Shown here piece after piece: positions 20,162-35,123 of a stretch of 64,000 nt of DNA. A program made the position numbers and the translations under genes. The notes below the pieces were generated by a model. It ran no database searches and was not told where the DNA came from. It saw only the letters and a list, made by a program, of their open reading frames with translations. The stretch lies in NCBI RefSeq assembly GCF_009914755.1, contig NC_060927.1, one strand, 5' to 3'. The stretch comes from the human T2T-CHM13v2.0 reference genome, Homo sapiens. How positions within the stretch are numbered: the stretch's first letter is position 1; every line of letters begins with the position of its first letter.

Positions 20162-22108
20162 CATAAACTTTAAAGAATCCTTAAATAAAGTTATATGCTG
20201 CTAAAACTAACTGCCTCCTTGCCACATTCCTAATAAGGTTCTACATCTTGCAGAAATTTTTAAAAGCCTGATTTAGGGTGTCAGACCTGGGTTCAAAATC
20301 TTCGTCTTCTACTCAAAAGCAATCTGATATTGGTGAGCTTCTTATTCCATATCTGTAGAATGGGATAGGGGATGGTAATAATAATCCCATGTACCTTGCA
20401 GGATTTTTGTGAAACTGGATAAGGTCAGGTATGTGTGAACAGCAAATGGAGTGTCTGGCCCATTGTAGCTGTTTAGTTAATAACATTTCCTGTTGTGACT
20501 TGATATCTGGTTTGAGATTCTGGCATCCTGTAACTCCTCCTCCTCACCAGCCCTGCCCTCCATCAGCCTGGTCCCCTGTACAGTGTGACACCTACTCAGT
20601 AATTGCCCATAGCAGAAACAGACTCACCAGCTGTTCTAGAGCTGGCTCTCCCTGGTCAAAGCTTCCCATGCAGCAAGTGTTTCATAATCAGCCTGTTCCT
20701 GCTGCCGTCTGCCACTTTTCCCCCGACCTTCCTGGCCATCCCTTGTCCCTTCCTGGGCAAAAGCATCTAACCATGTGGTATGGTGGTGTCACCTGAGTGT
20801 GGTGTCAGCAAACCCAGAGCTTTCCAAGCCTCCCATGATGAGTCTATGACCTGGCGTTCCCTGTTCCTTCTGATACTGTTTTTTCTTTCTCTGGAACTAC
20901 ATTGGCCAAAACAGAAAACAGGGAGTCAGTAAGGTTTATCAATATTTCACTTGCATAGCCGCAGTCTTAAGTTACTGAAATGACAGGTTGATCCAGTGAG
21001 GAAAATCAAACAACTATCAAAAAGACCAGTCAAGTCATTGTAGACCATGACAAAAGACCCTCAGTAGGAAAGGAAAAAATGCCTAACACCAAGAAACATG
21101 AAAGTAAAAAGCTCTGAATTTGGTAAAAGTGAAGTAATTTCTATAAATGAGTCATATTGTATCTAGGAAATTAGGAAAATTTCAGAAAAGTTTTTTTAAA
21201 AATTCAAATCAACTTTAAAAGCTGATATCCTTTTTTCTTCTAATATCTTTGGCATATATTTGTATACACATTTCAAGTATTTAAATGAATGAAATTGGAA
21301 TTTTTATATATAGTTCTTTTCAAGTAAAAATGCTAATGTAATATTTATTTTTAAATTTTATAAGAAGTGTTTTATTTTTTACTTAAAATATGAGACTTTC
21401 TCATGACAATATATATTCTTCAGAAACACTATAATTAATGTCCTTGTAATGCTTTCTTGTTTGGATAGTTAATAATGCATTTTGTCATACTATAGCTACT
21501 CATTTTGGCTGTCTTCATTGTTTTGCTACTTTAAGTAATTCTATGAGGTCAATCCTTGTACATAAAGCTCAGTTCAAATCTCTGATTATTTCCTTAGGAT
21601 AAAATCCAAGAATTGGCATTATTAGGTCAAAGAGCATAAACAAGTATTTTTTTCTATTCTTTGTTTTGAAAGTGAATTACAAAGAAATCCTCTCTTAAAA
21701 GTTGCTCCTTTCATTTGGTTTTATTCTACAGATTGCTTCTTTACCTCCTTCTTTGTGTCAAGAACCTTATTAAACTATGTGAATTCCTCTCTGTTGCATC
21801 TTTAAGAGAGAGTTGAGGTCTCACTTCCTCCCAGCTATCCTCTCCACCACCCGCCATCTCTTCAGACTGAGACAAGTTCCCTTCTCTGCTATCACCCACA
21901 CCCATACATCCGGGCTCTCATAGTACTGTCATAGCATTTATCATGCTGAATTCTAAGTGTCTGTTTGGTTTTATTTTGGCATTAGACAGTAAGTGCCTTG
22001 CGGGTAAGGACTATATTTTATTCATCTTTATTTCTCCAGAAAACACCGAATACTTTGTACATAGTAGGCACTGAATGAGGGAACAAGGAACACAGAACCA
22101 TTTAGTCA

Positions 22109-22110
<2 letters not shown>

Positions 22111-22139
<29 letters not shown>
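22111..22139. repeat. (AC)14 microsatellite
   Basis: Perfect AC run. Confidence 0.95.
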
Positions 22140-25100
22140 ACCATCCTGTCCTATATTATTAAATACAGGAGATAGAAGTGTGAGGGAGAAAGAGGGTCAT
22201 CTTCATTCAGTAATATGCTTGTATTTTCTCAGATATAGATGTATGGATGAGATATCACTTTTTGATATGTGTCCAGATAGGCCAGATATAACTAATATCA
22301 GGATTTTATCAGGTCATTGGGACCACAGCCTTCCTGGAAACATAGCTTTAGAGTCAGTTTTATAGTCTGCTGAGCCCAAAACAAGCTAGATAATTAATAA
22401 TATTATTGGATCAAAATGGCCCAAAATCTGATTAGGGGTTATTTATCCTACATGTACATGATAGCATAGTCTTTATTTTGTCCCTCCAAGTGAGTTTATA
22501 AGTGACTGTGTTCTGTTTGGATGGAAAATATCATCTGGAAATAATTTATGAGTAACTGCAGAACCTGCCAATGGCATGCTTTACAAGGGCTTATTTCATT
22601 CACTTCCACGTATATCCCATAATTTCCTGATTTTCTCAGGTTCTTTTGTGTAAATACCAAATTGACCTTATGTTTTTGTCCGCCTTTTCCCCAGGGGCGA
22701 TCTAAGTGTCAGGATGGTGTTATTGACCTGGCATCTGCGGGGGCGACCCAGAGTTTCCATGACCTGTGGTTGGAAGGCCCACTCATTGGGGCACTGAAGC
22801 TCCTGAGAGTTACTGTTCTCACTCAATGGGAGGCCAGCGGTTCTCAGCAGTTTTCTCTGCTTCACACCAGACTGTCCAGTTAGCTTCTTATTCAGCCATT
22901 GCCTTTCCATACTGGAGCAAAGGTTTATGATTTATTAGGCTATTCCCAGGAAAGCAAGTTCTATGTCTTCTGTGCTTTGAGCTCCACATAATTCTTGGAG
23001 ATCCTCACATCAAAGACTCCCTCTTGGTTTTCCTCTTTGTCTCCCTTGCATCTTCCTCTACTCACACCCCTGCTGTCTGGCCAGCCTTACTTATCAGGGA
23101 GAGCAGGAAGAGAGGATTCATGGGCAGGAAAACTCACTGTTTGCTCCATCTTCGTAGTCCTGGGGTGTGGCCCAAAACCTTGGTTGATAGATTTGTAAAA
23201 AGACCTTTATCTTGAGAATATTGTTGCTTTGTGAATTTCCACAGTCTCCTTGAAATTCAAAAGCTGAGCGTAACTATTTCTTTTTCTTTGCATTTCAGCC
23301 ATAGCAATCCTAATAGTCCCTAGGACAATGAGTGTCTCAGGCTGAATGGAAGAGGGTCATATACATGCAAGGGGATGGGAATTTAATATCTCTAAATATC
23401 ATCCTACCAACACATGTATATGTAAATAGATTTATAACTATATGGTCATTTATATAAGGATAACCTAATAATATCAAAGGACAGGTTCATTTTAAATTAA
23501 AACTATAGGGAAGAGTGTTGATTCTACACCAATAACAAAAAGGTTAAAGAAAGTGTAATTCTCTTTTAAGTACCAGATGCTTCAGACTGTGCCTCTCATT
23601 TTCAGCCTTCTTCTCCCCTTTTCCTGTCTCTGCCTTTCTCCTCTCTGCCTTTTATTGAAAGGCAAATGCCCCTTGTAATAAGGTTCAATTTCAGAAGTTC
23701 CTGTTATACCCCACTCCCATAGCATTCATAAAAAAAGCAGAGACCGTAGTTATAATTTGCTGGGAACCCTAAAAGAGAAGTGAGACAACTCACTGAAGAA
23801 TCCTCAAATAACACGAAGACGTGAAAAAATATAGCTGGTGCTTCTCTGGCTTATGTAGGAAGAATCAAAGCAACCATGAAATTAATTTTATTTACCATTA
23901 AAAGATACTGGACTTAGAATTCAGGTTGTGATTATGTAATTATAAATTAATTTCAGTAGCATTGTATAATCTGAAATGCCAGCAATAGTTATGAGAAGTA
24001 TGTTAATGAGGATCAGAAAAGCTTGTCTGCTTGAATGTACCTCAAAATAGTCATGCCCAGAGAGTATATATGAAGCCTCCTGCAGCAAGTGGACCCACTG
24101 TGGTTTCCTAAGACTCTCCAATGCATGTGATCAGTTTACTAGGAAGCAGCTCTCTTTAATATGTTCATACTTAACAGAAAAGGAAGGACCAGAAGGTTGC
24201 CCATAGGCTGCACCCAAGTGTGAAATAAACATTATTATTACAGCAGTTGAAATGTGAAGTTGAAGAACATTTTAATTTCAAAATAGTATTCATGAGAATC
24301 AGATGACACATCTATACTTTAACTCTGGTGAAGTGTGAAAATTAAATGAACACTCCATCAGATTCTGAAAGTTGAATTATGACCCCCACCTCCCTCACTA
24401 AAGAGATATTTTTTCATATTTAGGGTGGCATACCTCATTTGTGGAAAAGGTCTTTCTGGCACTCATCCCCTGTTTCTCAATTTATTGTAGCCATCTTATT
24501 AATCACTGTGTTTGCTGGGGAAGAGCCAAAGTATACCTAAATCTAGAATTAAACTATATAGCACTAGGGTTTAAAATAATAGAATTTGTCATCAAGTTGA
24601 CTGCCTCATATTCAGCCAGTGTCAAACTCAATAGTTGATATGTTTGCTTATGCAAAAATATCAGAGAGGAAAAGAAAATTTTAATTTGTAATGGATCTAT
24701 TTCTCATAAAATGTCATTCCTGCCGCTCTGCTCTTTAGCACATGATGAGGGGAAGCTGAGGCAGCTTCTATTGTAAAGGAAGACCCAAGGAGGTGCCATT
24801 TTAGGGGACCTTCAGTCTCCACCCAGTTCAGGGGATTCACATGAGCCTCCCTGCATATATGGGCGTGTCCCATCACTGCTTCTTCTGCTTGGAAGCCCAC
24901 AAAGATGGTTTGCTATCCTAGTACCTCAGGTCTTGATGGAAGAAGGCCTTGGTGTGTTCTTAATTATATCCTTTGCCTCAGATGTTTTGTTGTCAGTGTT
25001 TCACTCTTCCCAGTCAGGTTTTAGGGCTGCTACCAGTCTCTCCATGAAATAGAAACCCCCTAATGTGCTGTTCTGCTGAACTTCCTCATTGACTGACCTT

Positions 25101-25155
25101 GTACTATGATGTCTTTCTTCCTGGGGTCAGTGGGTACGGGATAAAGCCTCTAAGC

Positions 25156-25350
25156 AGGGTTGCCCATATGGTTGTGTATGTTTGGATTACCCCACAGCTC
25201 TGGACGGCACCATTCACACTGTGGTCATTGTCGATTTAAATATGTATTATGGCCATTTTATGGAGATGGTAGTAAAGGGTCTTGATGAAGACATACCTTT
25301 TTCTGGTTTGCACACAAAAAATTAAACACAAGGTAGCAATGGCCTGCCCT
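25156..25350 (+). mobile_element. MER91A-like hAT-Tip100 MITE
   Basis: CAGGG...GCCCTG termini; internal GCACCATTCACA...GAGATGGTAGTAAAGGGTCTTGA. Confidence 0.6.
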
Positions 25351-25354
25351 GATG

Positions 25355-25560
25355 TTGAAAGCAAGACTCTGGCAACAGGCTAGGTGGGTTCTACCCCTTA
25401 CTAGCTGTGTGACCTTGGGCTAGTCACATAATCTCAGTTTTATCATCTGTAAGATGGGAATAATAATAGTACATCATAGGCTATTAGGATTAAAGAAATT
25501 ATGTATGCCAAGGACTAAGTACAGAGCCTGACGCATGGTGAATGCTCAGTATATGGCAGC
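25355..25560 (+). mobile_element. MIR SINE
   Basis: CTTACTAGCTGTGTGACCTTGGGC...CATCTGTAAGATGGGAATAATAATAGTAC. Confidence 0.75.
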
Positions 25561-27515
25561 TGTCACAATGTGGCCCATTTGTGTCCTTCCATATAGATAG
25601 ATCATTTTCCAATTTCCAATTACTTTCTACACATCCTCTCTTAACATAAAATGACTTTCAAGCCCATTACTACAAGACTTATTACAGGGGACCTATGGAC
25701 TTGTGATTTGAATCGTAATTAGTATTAATTTAATAGTCTCTTCACAGAGTTAGACTAATATGTCAGGTGACACAGTGTCTTAGCCCAGCCACACACATTA
25801 ATATGACTCTGATGATGGCCTGCCTCTCAGTGAAGTCAGAGCAGGGGGTACAAGGACTCAGGCAATAGACAAGAGAGAAAAGAAAGATTAAAGCTTACTG
25901 TTTATAGTGTTTTCCACACAAGGTATCATCCCTGACAAGTCTTTCTATGCCATGGCATTGATTATTAGAAGAAAGACTCGTAAAAACCTCTAGGCAGGTC
26001 AGATTTTGGCAGACTTAAAGATTATGCAGACAAGAGTAGGGGTCGGGGAGTCTTATCTGAGAGCTGCCGGGTACTTTATCTGTGTTTCAGGACAGGGCTG
26101 ACCACAGTGTTGGCTGTGGAAGGTGGGGGCTGGAAACCTCTGCTGACAGTGATCTTATCTTTCCCATGTGATAGTTTCATTAATGACTGCCTTCACCTGC
26201 TCTTTTTCCAGTATGTTGCACTCCAATGTAATTTCTGTCCGTTATCAGGCCTTGATGTCATCTATGCCCTGAAATTGTGTTATTGAACTAACACTCATTG
26301 TCAAACCTTTACGAGATAAACCTATTTTATTTCTCCTCATCCTAAAAATGTGTTGATTCTCCTGTGCTGTGTATAATGAATGGCCCTTTGGCTGTTGTAA
26401 CACCTTCACTGAAATCCTTGAAGTGTGTGTGTGCCTATCTCTCTATGTCTCGCCCCCTTTCGCCTCCTCCCCTTCCTCACCCCTTGCCACCCCTTCCTTA
26501 CCCTCCCCAATCTCTCTCTCTCTTTCCTAAAGAACAAAAATGGCAGTTTCCCTTATTCTCATAGAAAAGACTTTATGTCACAGAAGGGAGCTGCTATTAG
26601 CATAAGCAGTCTGGCATTGTGTGGGTGAGTGTCCATGTGCATTATCAAGCAAGGCTTATAAACCATGTTAATTCCACACAACTTTCTCTACTCCATCCAG
26701 CTTCCAATCCGTACCCCACAACATAAAAAGTGACATCACTCACTTAAGAAAATGTTGCAGTAAGGTGGATTTTCATAAAATAAGGATTCTCAGGACTCCA
26801 ATTTTTAAATCATACCTGTGTGCCTACAGAAAGGTTGGAGGGGGGCAAGGGAGTGAGGATCTTAATTGGCACCCAAGGCAGAATGTTTGCTCTGAGGAGA
26901 AGGATTGAGTGGCACTACTTAAGAGATGCAGCAAGGCAGTGCAGGGAGAGCCTAAAAGCAGCTGAGGCTCTCAATGTCACCCAGACACTGATGGACAGTC
27001 ATTGATATTTGAATCTGAATCTGAATGTGTACTATCAAAAAGGCTGCTGTCATCATTGTCACCACTATTCCTCTGAGTCCTTTTCCATCTCTACCATCTT
27101 ACTCTCTGTAACGGGATTGTAAGTTCTATATTTTGTTTTATATCTTGTATACTTTGCTTGATGCAGTAAATATGCTACTGAAACACTGTGAATAAGTAAA
27201 ACTTCACCTGACTGCAACATTTAAATAACATTAAATTCATCTGAATACAGAAAAATATAAAGAAGAAAACAAAAAGGTCTAAAATCCTATCACCAAGATA
27301 GCCCTGTTAATATTTGTTAAAAATATAAGTATGTGTGTGGACATGATTAGAGTGTCTATATTTGCATAGTATAAGGGGTAAATTATACTAGTACAATTAA
27401 TAGGTATAAATTGAAAAGCACCTACATTTCTTTCGCTCCTACCCCAATCCTTAGCCCCTCCCTCAGCATTATGTCTGTGCAGTGTACAAAGCACTCTTAT
27501 AAGAATACAGCAATG

Positions 27516-27844
<329 letters not shown>

Positions 27845-28275
27845 CTAAAAGGGAGTTTCAGCCTAATGGGTCAAAGAATCATAAATAAGGCATATAAATA
27901 GCATGATATGTGATGTACAGTAAGTTGGCAGCTGGCAGCCATGAGATGTGATGCCAACATTACCCTCAGCTGCTACAGGTCTCTGTTGTCATCCCTTCCC
28001 TCCTCCGCCTCACCTAACTAGCCACATGACCTTAAAGAAATACCTGAACTGTCTTTACCCATTTTATGCATTTATAAGGTAGATGTGATAATTCCTCCCT
28101 GCCTGATCTGATGAGCTTTGAGAATCGAGTGCCAGAATGGGTAAGAAAACACTTCACGACTCATAAAACAGACCAGAAGTGTAAGGTTTCATTGTCATCT
28201 TTATTGTTATACAAAGGGGTACTATGAAGAATCATAGTAATCTTGGGCGTTAATTTAATAGAAAGCCCGGGAGCA

Positions 28276-28700
28276 CAGGGTCACCAACAGCCCAGATTTG
28301 ACCAACAGCTGCCTTTCGCTTGGCTTGTACTGCTTTTTAAAAGAAAAGTTGCTAACGTTTAAAAATCAGGAGAGTTCATACAAAAAAGACTTCCCTTGAA
28401 AAATCGGAGGAAACATTCACAGTGGACCTGCATTCCTACGCGGCAGCCATTTTCGTTGCTGAGGAACTGCTTTCCCCTGAGCACGTGTTCTCCCATTTGT
28501 CACAAGCCCCCCCGACTCCCTTTTGTAGCCCCAACACTGAAACCTGATGTCAGTTTCACTTGTCATCATGCTTGCCCTTCCTTAGAGCCAGAAAATGTTT
28601 TAGAACCCAGGTTCCCATCAAAAGTAGCAGGGTAAATAGCTACTCCAAGAAGGCCAAGATTTTTCTTATACCTTACCTGAAAGCATTGGAGTTTGCAATT
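28276..28700. mobile_element. hAT-Charlie (Charlie2-like) remnant
   Basis: AGTTGCTAACGTTTAAAAATCAGGAGA...CTTGAAAAATCGGA...CCTGCATTCC resembles a Charlie-family terminal region. Confidence 0.45.
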
Positions 28701-28790
28701 TCAATTTAAGATCTGCAGAATATTCAAGCTGAAAGGGGCCTGGAGGTTAATTAATCCAAACGTCTTGTTTTTGAGTTCCAGAGAGGTTAA

Positions 28791-29211
<421 letters not shown>

Positions 29212-30375
29212 TAGTCATTTAGTCATTCAGTACATATGCATTGAGCAATGTAATCAGGGATAAGACACTTGGGGTTTCATGGAAAAGAAACTTTTTATCA
29301 TAGTGCTTTGTATACTATACAAACTCATAATGCTGGGGGAGGGGCTGAGGATTGGGGTGGGCGTGAAGGATAAGATATTTGAGGTTTCTGAGTCCCGTTT
29401 TCCTCATCTGCTTAGAGGGAGAATACCTGCCCTCCCCACTCTGAATGTTTGAAAATCAATTGCAAGTATGTTTGTGAGCCACTTAGTAGAGTTTATAGTA
29501 CTGAACAAATCGTTATTACAACTTTGTTATGAATTTAACTGAGAAAGTTTTAAAAGTATTTATAACTAGGAATCTAAAAGATGTCTGAGATACCCCAAGT
29601 TACATAACCCTCATTAGGATTTACAGTTTTCTCAAGCTCTACTTGTCAAATGAATTAATTGTCTAATATTATCTAAGCAAAATACTTAGTTAAGCTTAGA
29701 ATAACTTTTTTGTATACTGTTACTTTGTCTGCATTCCAGAAATTAAATCAGAGGGGAGAATGTTGGTTTACAGGAATAGACTGATACATAATTTGCATTT
29801 GTGTGTCTTCCCTAAGGAAAACAATAATTATTAGTCCAACACAAAAACATGCCCATTTTGCTGAAGTACATATTGAGTTCAGAAGTGGACACAGATTGTC
29901 CTCATAATGACCATTGTAATGTACCTTTATTGCTTCACAAGGTGCCATGGCTTTGGATGGTGTGGTGAGGATGGAAGCCCTACCCATATGTTATTTGCAC
30001 TGGACCAGAATCTTGGATGGAGGAAAGAACTTTGGACATATCTGGGCCAGAAGTTCTCTCCACCTACCAGGAGTGAGCATGGGAGCATGAGCTATACATG
30101 TACAGGAGGGTCATCGTGTTTTCATCAGGGTGTAAAGTGTATTTTGCTACATCTGATAGCTCTTTTTATGGCAATAGCTGGACAATGGTGTTGTCCATTG
30201 TGTACTGAACTGGGCTGACCTGTCAGAGCAAGACTTTAGAAGCTTAGCATTATGTCAGGTCAGGACATTATGTGTGAACGCTTATTCATTCATCTATTAA
30301 TTTGCTTATTTAGCCTATGTTGGGTGCTTTTAATATTCTAGACATCAGCATTGTAGTGGGAAAATCCAAAACTTC

Positions 30376-30788
30376 TGATACGGTTTGGATCTGTGTCCCT
30401 TCCCAAATCTCATGTCAAATTGTAATCCCCATTGTTGGAGGTGGGGCCTGGTGGGAGGCAACTGGATCCTGGGGGCGGTTTCTCATGAATGATTTGTCAC
30501 TGTCCTTCTTGGTGCTGTTCTTGTGATAGTGAGTTCTTGTGAGATCTGGTTGTTTAAAAGTGTATTGCACCTCCCCCCACCCACTTCCTTCTGCTCCAGC
30601 TATGTGAAGTGCCTCATGCCTCCTTTGCCTCCTGCCATGATTGGAAGCTTCTTGAGGCCTCCCCAGAAGCAGAAGCCACTATGCTTCCAGTACAGCCTCC
30701 AGAATCATGAGCCAATTAAACCTCTTTTCTGTATAAATTACCCAGTCTCAGGTATTTCTTTATAGCAGTGTAAGAATGGACTAATATA
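30376..30788 (+). mobile_element. MSTB-like MaLR solo LTR (inside an L2 remnant)
   Basis: TGATACGGTTTGGATCTGTGTCCC...CCAATTAAACCTCTTTTC...ATAGCAGTGTAAGAATGGACTAATATA. Confidence 0.85.
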
Positions 30789-32229
30789 TCTTGTGAAGTT
30801 TATATTCTAAAGGGAAAGACTGACACTAAATAAATAAATAGTCTAAATAAATAAGCAAGATATCTACATAATTGTGTGTTGTAAGGGCAATAAACAAAGA
30901 GGAAATACAATCCCTGTCAGAAAAGGCCTCTCTGAAGATGTCACATTTGAGCTACAACATCTTCATATGGGTCAGTCAACCAATGTCAAGACAGGAGAAC
31001 AAGCCAGGCAGAGAGAACAGCGAGTACAAAAGCCCAAAGATGACAAAAAGGTTGGCATGTATGGGCAACAGGAGGGAGGCCTTGAGCAAGGAAGGGAGTG
31101 GTGTGACATGATATTAGACAAATTAGCTAGGGGCCAGGTCATGCAGGACTTGCCACCATTGTTTCTCACCTGGACTACTGAAATAGCCCGGGGGCTAAAA
31201 TGACAGTGGTTGGGACTGGAGTCAATGCTGTGAGAACAAACTGGAAGGGTTTAAGAGATATTTTAGAGGTAAGAGTAACAGAACTTAATGATGGACTGAA
31301 TGTCAGGAAAGAGGAAAAGAGAAAAATTAAGGATGATTCTTAGGTTCTGGCTTGAGCAATGGAGTGGATTATGGTGCCATTTTCTGAGGCTTAAAAGTCA
31401 AATAACTTGCCAAACCTCACTTAGCTAGGACATTGAAGTCTGGTCCATGTGAATTCGCTTTTTTTTTTTTTTTAAGCTTTTTGGGTTTTTTTTTAAACCC
31501 ATGAGATAAGGTTATTAGGTTAAATTTCCAAGATCTCTTTCAGATTTGCAATTAAGTTCTCATCTAGATTAAATTGTTAATATGGAAATATCCTGAGGTT
31601 CAGAATTAAGTAACATTGTCTGGCCCTGGTATTTTTGATAAATATAGTGCTATGATGGAATAAATATTTTATCTCAGAACTAATAGCCAGAATTTTGCAA
31701 GTGTTTTGTCTCAAGCATAAAAAGAAAATGATTTTTTCATTTTCTCTTGGGCATAATGTCTTTTCTGGAGTTTCCCAGCAACAAGCAGTTTGTTCTGTCA
31801 AGTAAGATGAGATTGTAAACTATCTGTTATAATCCTGAGCTAAAACTGCAAAGCCCAAACAGTAAGTTTTTTTTGGTGTCCTGGTTTGTTTCAGATCATT
31901 CTTAAGCCTCCCACCCCAGTGCTCAGCATTGCTTTGCACGTATTATTTCTCCAGAACCACACAAACCTCACCCAGGATAGGGGCAGGTTTCCTCTGTAGA
32001 GACAGGAATGGAGACATTTCAGTAATTCAGAATACCACCTATAACTCATAACCCTGCCATCTGGGGCTCACCCATTTTGGCCAGGTCTAAGATTCTGTTG
32101 CTAACATAGGCAGGATAGTCCTGAAAACTTCACCATGAGGTAGATCTTAATTTACCCATAGAAACAGTGGGATTTGTTTGTGACAAAGGCGGGTCATCGA
32201 TCTTAAGTATGTTCAATAGCATGTGAGTA

Positions 32230-32535
32230 CAGTTGGCTCTTCATGTCCATAGGTTGTACATTTGTGGATTCAACCAACCACAGATCAAAAATATTTTTAA
32301 AGCAATAAAAAACAATATAACATCATACAAATTAAAAAACAATATAACAACTATTTACGTAGCATTTACATTATAGATTATAAGTAATCTAGAGATGACT
32401 TAAAGTATACAAGAGGATGTACATAGGTTATATGCAAATACTAAGCCATTTTATATAAGGGACTTGGCCATCCGTGGATTTTGCTATCTATAGGGGGTCT
32501 AGAACCAATCACCAGCAGATCCCAAGGGACAACTG
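32230..32535 (-). mobile_element. MER2 (Tigger-family MITE)
   Basis: TA|CAGTTGGCTCT ... AGGGACAACTG inverted ends; internal ATGCAAATACT...CCATTTTATATAAGGGACTTG. Confidence 0.8.
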
Positions 32536-32599
32536 TGTAGCTAAACAGCCACACTCTAAATCTCTCATCAAATTCAGATATTACAGGGAACAACAACAA

Positions 32600-32930
32600 C
32601 AAAAAATTCAACTCAAAAAGTCTCAAACAAGAAAGGCATTTATTGTCTCATTGAACAAGGACAGGGCAGCTCTAGGCTGGCTCAGCAGTTCCCTGATATT
32701 CTCCAGGACTCAGGCTCTACTGTTTACCTCTGTGCTCTACCATCCTGCACTTGTTGCCATGACCCTAAGGGATATCCCTTCATAGCTGCAAGATGGCTGC
32801 CACACTTCTGGGAAACACATAGGCTAGCACTGGGCCAAATAAACAGTCATTGTCTGTTCTGTGTCTCTTTTAGTGGGGGGGGAAAAAAAAAAGCCTTTCT
32901 CAGAAGCCCCCAGCAGACTTTTTTGAGTCC
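32600..32930 (-). mobile_element. Ancient MLT1J/K-like LTR remnant
   Basis: GCAAGATGGCTGCC and CAGAAGCCCCCAGCAGAC motifs. Confidence 0.5.
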
Positions 32931-33057
32931 TCGTCCATGGAATGCCCAGTTTCTCCCATCTAGATATACGGGTATTATCCTAAACTTCTCCCCTCATCCT
33001 TTATTCTCCTCAGTTTCTATGAGTGATCCATTCTGGTTTTTAAAAACCTGTCACAGG

Positions 33058-33188
33058 AGCTGGGCACAGTGGCTCACACCTGTAATCCCAGCACTTTAAA
33101 AGGCCAGCAGGCGGATCACTTGAGGCCAGGAGTTCAAAACCAGTCTAGGCAATATAGTGAGAACCCATCTCTACAAAATAAAAAATAA
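33058..33188 (+). mobile_element. FLAM (free left Alu monomer)
   Basis: Single left monomer with A tail; degenerate TSD (taaaaacctgtcac / taagaacctatcac). Confidence 0.75.
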
Positions 33189-34298
33189 GAACCTATCACC
33201 TACCCTCTATCCCTATATTTATTACATTAATTCAGATCCTCATTAATTCCACCTGTTCTCACTGCTCCCAATTTGTCTATCTTCTGCATTGCCCCTGGAA
33301 TCATCTTTTAAAATATGAATCTCATTGTGTCACTATCCTGCTTAAAACCCTTCAGTGATTCTTAATCAAATATGGGACTAAATTTTATTTTATTTTTCTA
33401 GCTGCAAGAATGCCTCCTTCTCCCTTTTTTAAAAAGAAATCTTGCGTGGCAGCTGACTTGTTAGCTGTTAACACGTGGAAGCAGAGCTGTCCTAGTTGAA
33501 ATGCGGCTGGGGAAGGGGCCTTTAACTCAGCCAGCTGGATTCCTCCCCTTCCCTCTCATGGAGGCCCTAAAGCCTTTCCTTGGATCCCCTGGAGTACAGG
33601 CAAATGGAAACGCCTACTAGGCAGTTGGTGTAGACCTCAGGAGTGTCAACCAGCCTAACTGCATAGACTTAGAAAGTGTGGAAGCCAAGGTCGGCGACAT
33701 GCTCACCTAGAAAGTGCAGAGTGAGAAGAGAAGAGAGTCCTATAGAGAGAGGACTCCAAGAGTGATGCTGAAGTAATGCCTACAAGCCATGTAATATCCC
33801 ATGAAGCAATCTTTCTATTTTACCTTTCAAACTCTAAGACTGTGCCTTATAGGAGAATTTATGCTATGATTGTGTAGGATAATTTAATTCAATCAGATGT
33901 TTGGGGACAAAGTGAGAATATGTTGAATACCAAAATTTCAGTTTCCAATATAAAAAAAAAATCAAAAACTGGTAACAACAATTTCTAATTGTGTGGATTG
34001 TGCTTTTGCTTAATTTTCATTCTTATAGCTTTTTAAAAATTGTTTTGATAATCCATGAAATTAGTCTTTTTTTTCCCCCAAGGCCTTTTGTATTAGAAAT
34101 CCTGTGTTAACCAACATTTCATGTGTTTCCATATCTGATCAAGGCATTTTTAGTTAAATAAGCTTAAGAATGGAATTTCAAGCAGAACTATAATAACTGA
34201 TTATATTATGATAGTTATTTTAATTCTCTCTGCTCTTGATATCAACCTGTGTTTATTCTTTATGTCTATTTAAGAATTCAGTGTTGTTGTTTTTTTTT

Positions 34299-34937
34299 CT
34301 GTTGGTGGGAGTCTAAATTAGTTCAACCATTGTGGAAGACAGTGTGGCAATTCCTCAAGGATCTAGAACCAGAAATACCATTTGACTCAGCAATCCCATT
34401 ACTGGGTATATACCCAAAGGATTATAAACCATTCTACTATAAAGACACATACATACATATGTTTATTGCAGCACTATTCACAATAGCAAAGACTTGGAAC
34501 CCATCCAAATGTCCATCAATGATAGACTGGATAAAGAAAATGTGGCACATATACACCACGGAATACTATGCAGCCATAAAAAAGGATGAATTCATGTCCT
34601 TTGCAGGGACGTGGATGAAGCTGGAAGCCATCATTCTCAGCAAAGTTACACTGGAACAGAAAACCAAACACCACATGTTCTCACTCGTAAGTGGGAGTTG
34701 AACAATGAGAACATATGGGCACAGGGAGGGGAACATCACACACCAGGGTCTGTCAGGGGGTGTGGGGCAAGGGGAGGGAGAGCATTAGGACAAATACCTA
34801 ATGCATGTAGGGCTTAAAACTTAGATGACAGGTTGATGGGTACAGCAAACCACCATGGCACATGTATACCTATGTAACAAGCCTGCACATTCTGCACGTG
34901 TCCCAGAACTTAAAGTAAAATTAAAAAAAAAAAAAAA
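34299..34937 (+). mobile_element. 5'-truncated L1 (L1PA8-like) 3' end
   Basis: ORF2 C-terminus ([23 protein letters not shown]), 3'UTR and poly(A); TSD AAGAATTCAGTGTT (34272-34285 / 34936-34949). Confidence 0.9.
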
Positions 34938-34958
34938 GAATTCAGTGTTTTTTTTCAA

Positions 34959-35123
34959 GCCAGCACCATGGCATGCACCTGTAGTCCCAGCTACTCCAGA
35001 GGCTGAGGTGGGGGAATTGCTTGAGCCGAGGAATTTGAGGTTTCAGTGAGTTATGATCACAACACTGCTCCCTAGCCTAGATGACAGAGCAAGACCCTAT
35101 CTCTTAAAAAAAGAAAAAAAAAA
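34959..35123 (+). mobile_element. FRAM or AluJ right monomer
   Basis: CCTGTAGTCCCAGCTACT...GACCCTATCTCTTAAAAAAA. Confidence 0.7.
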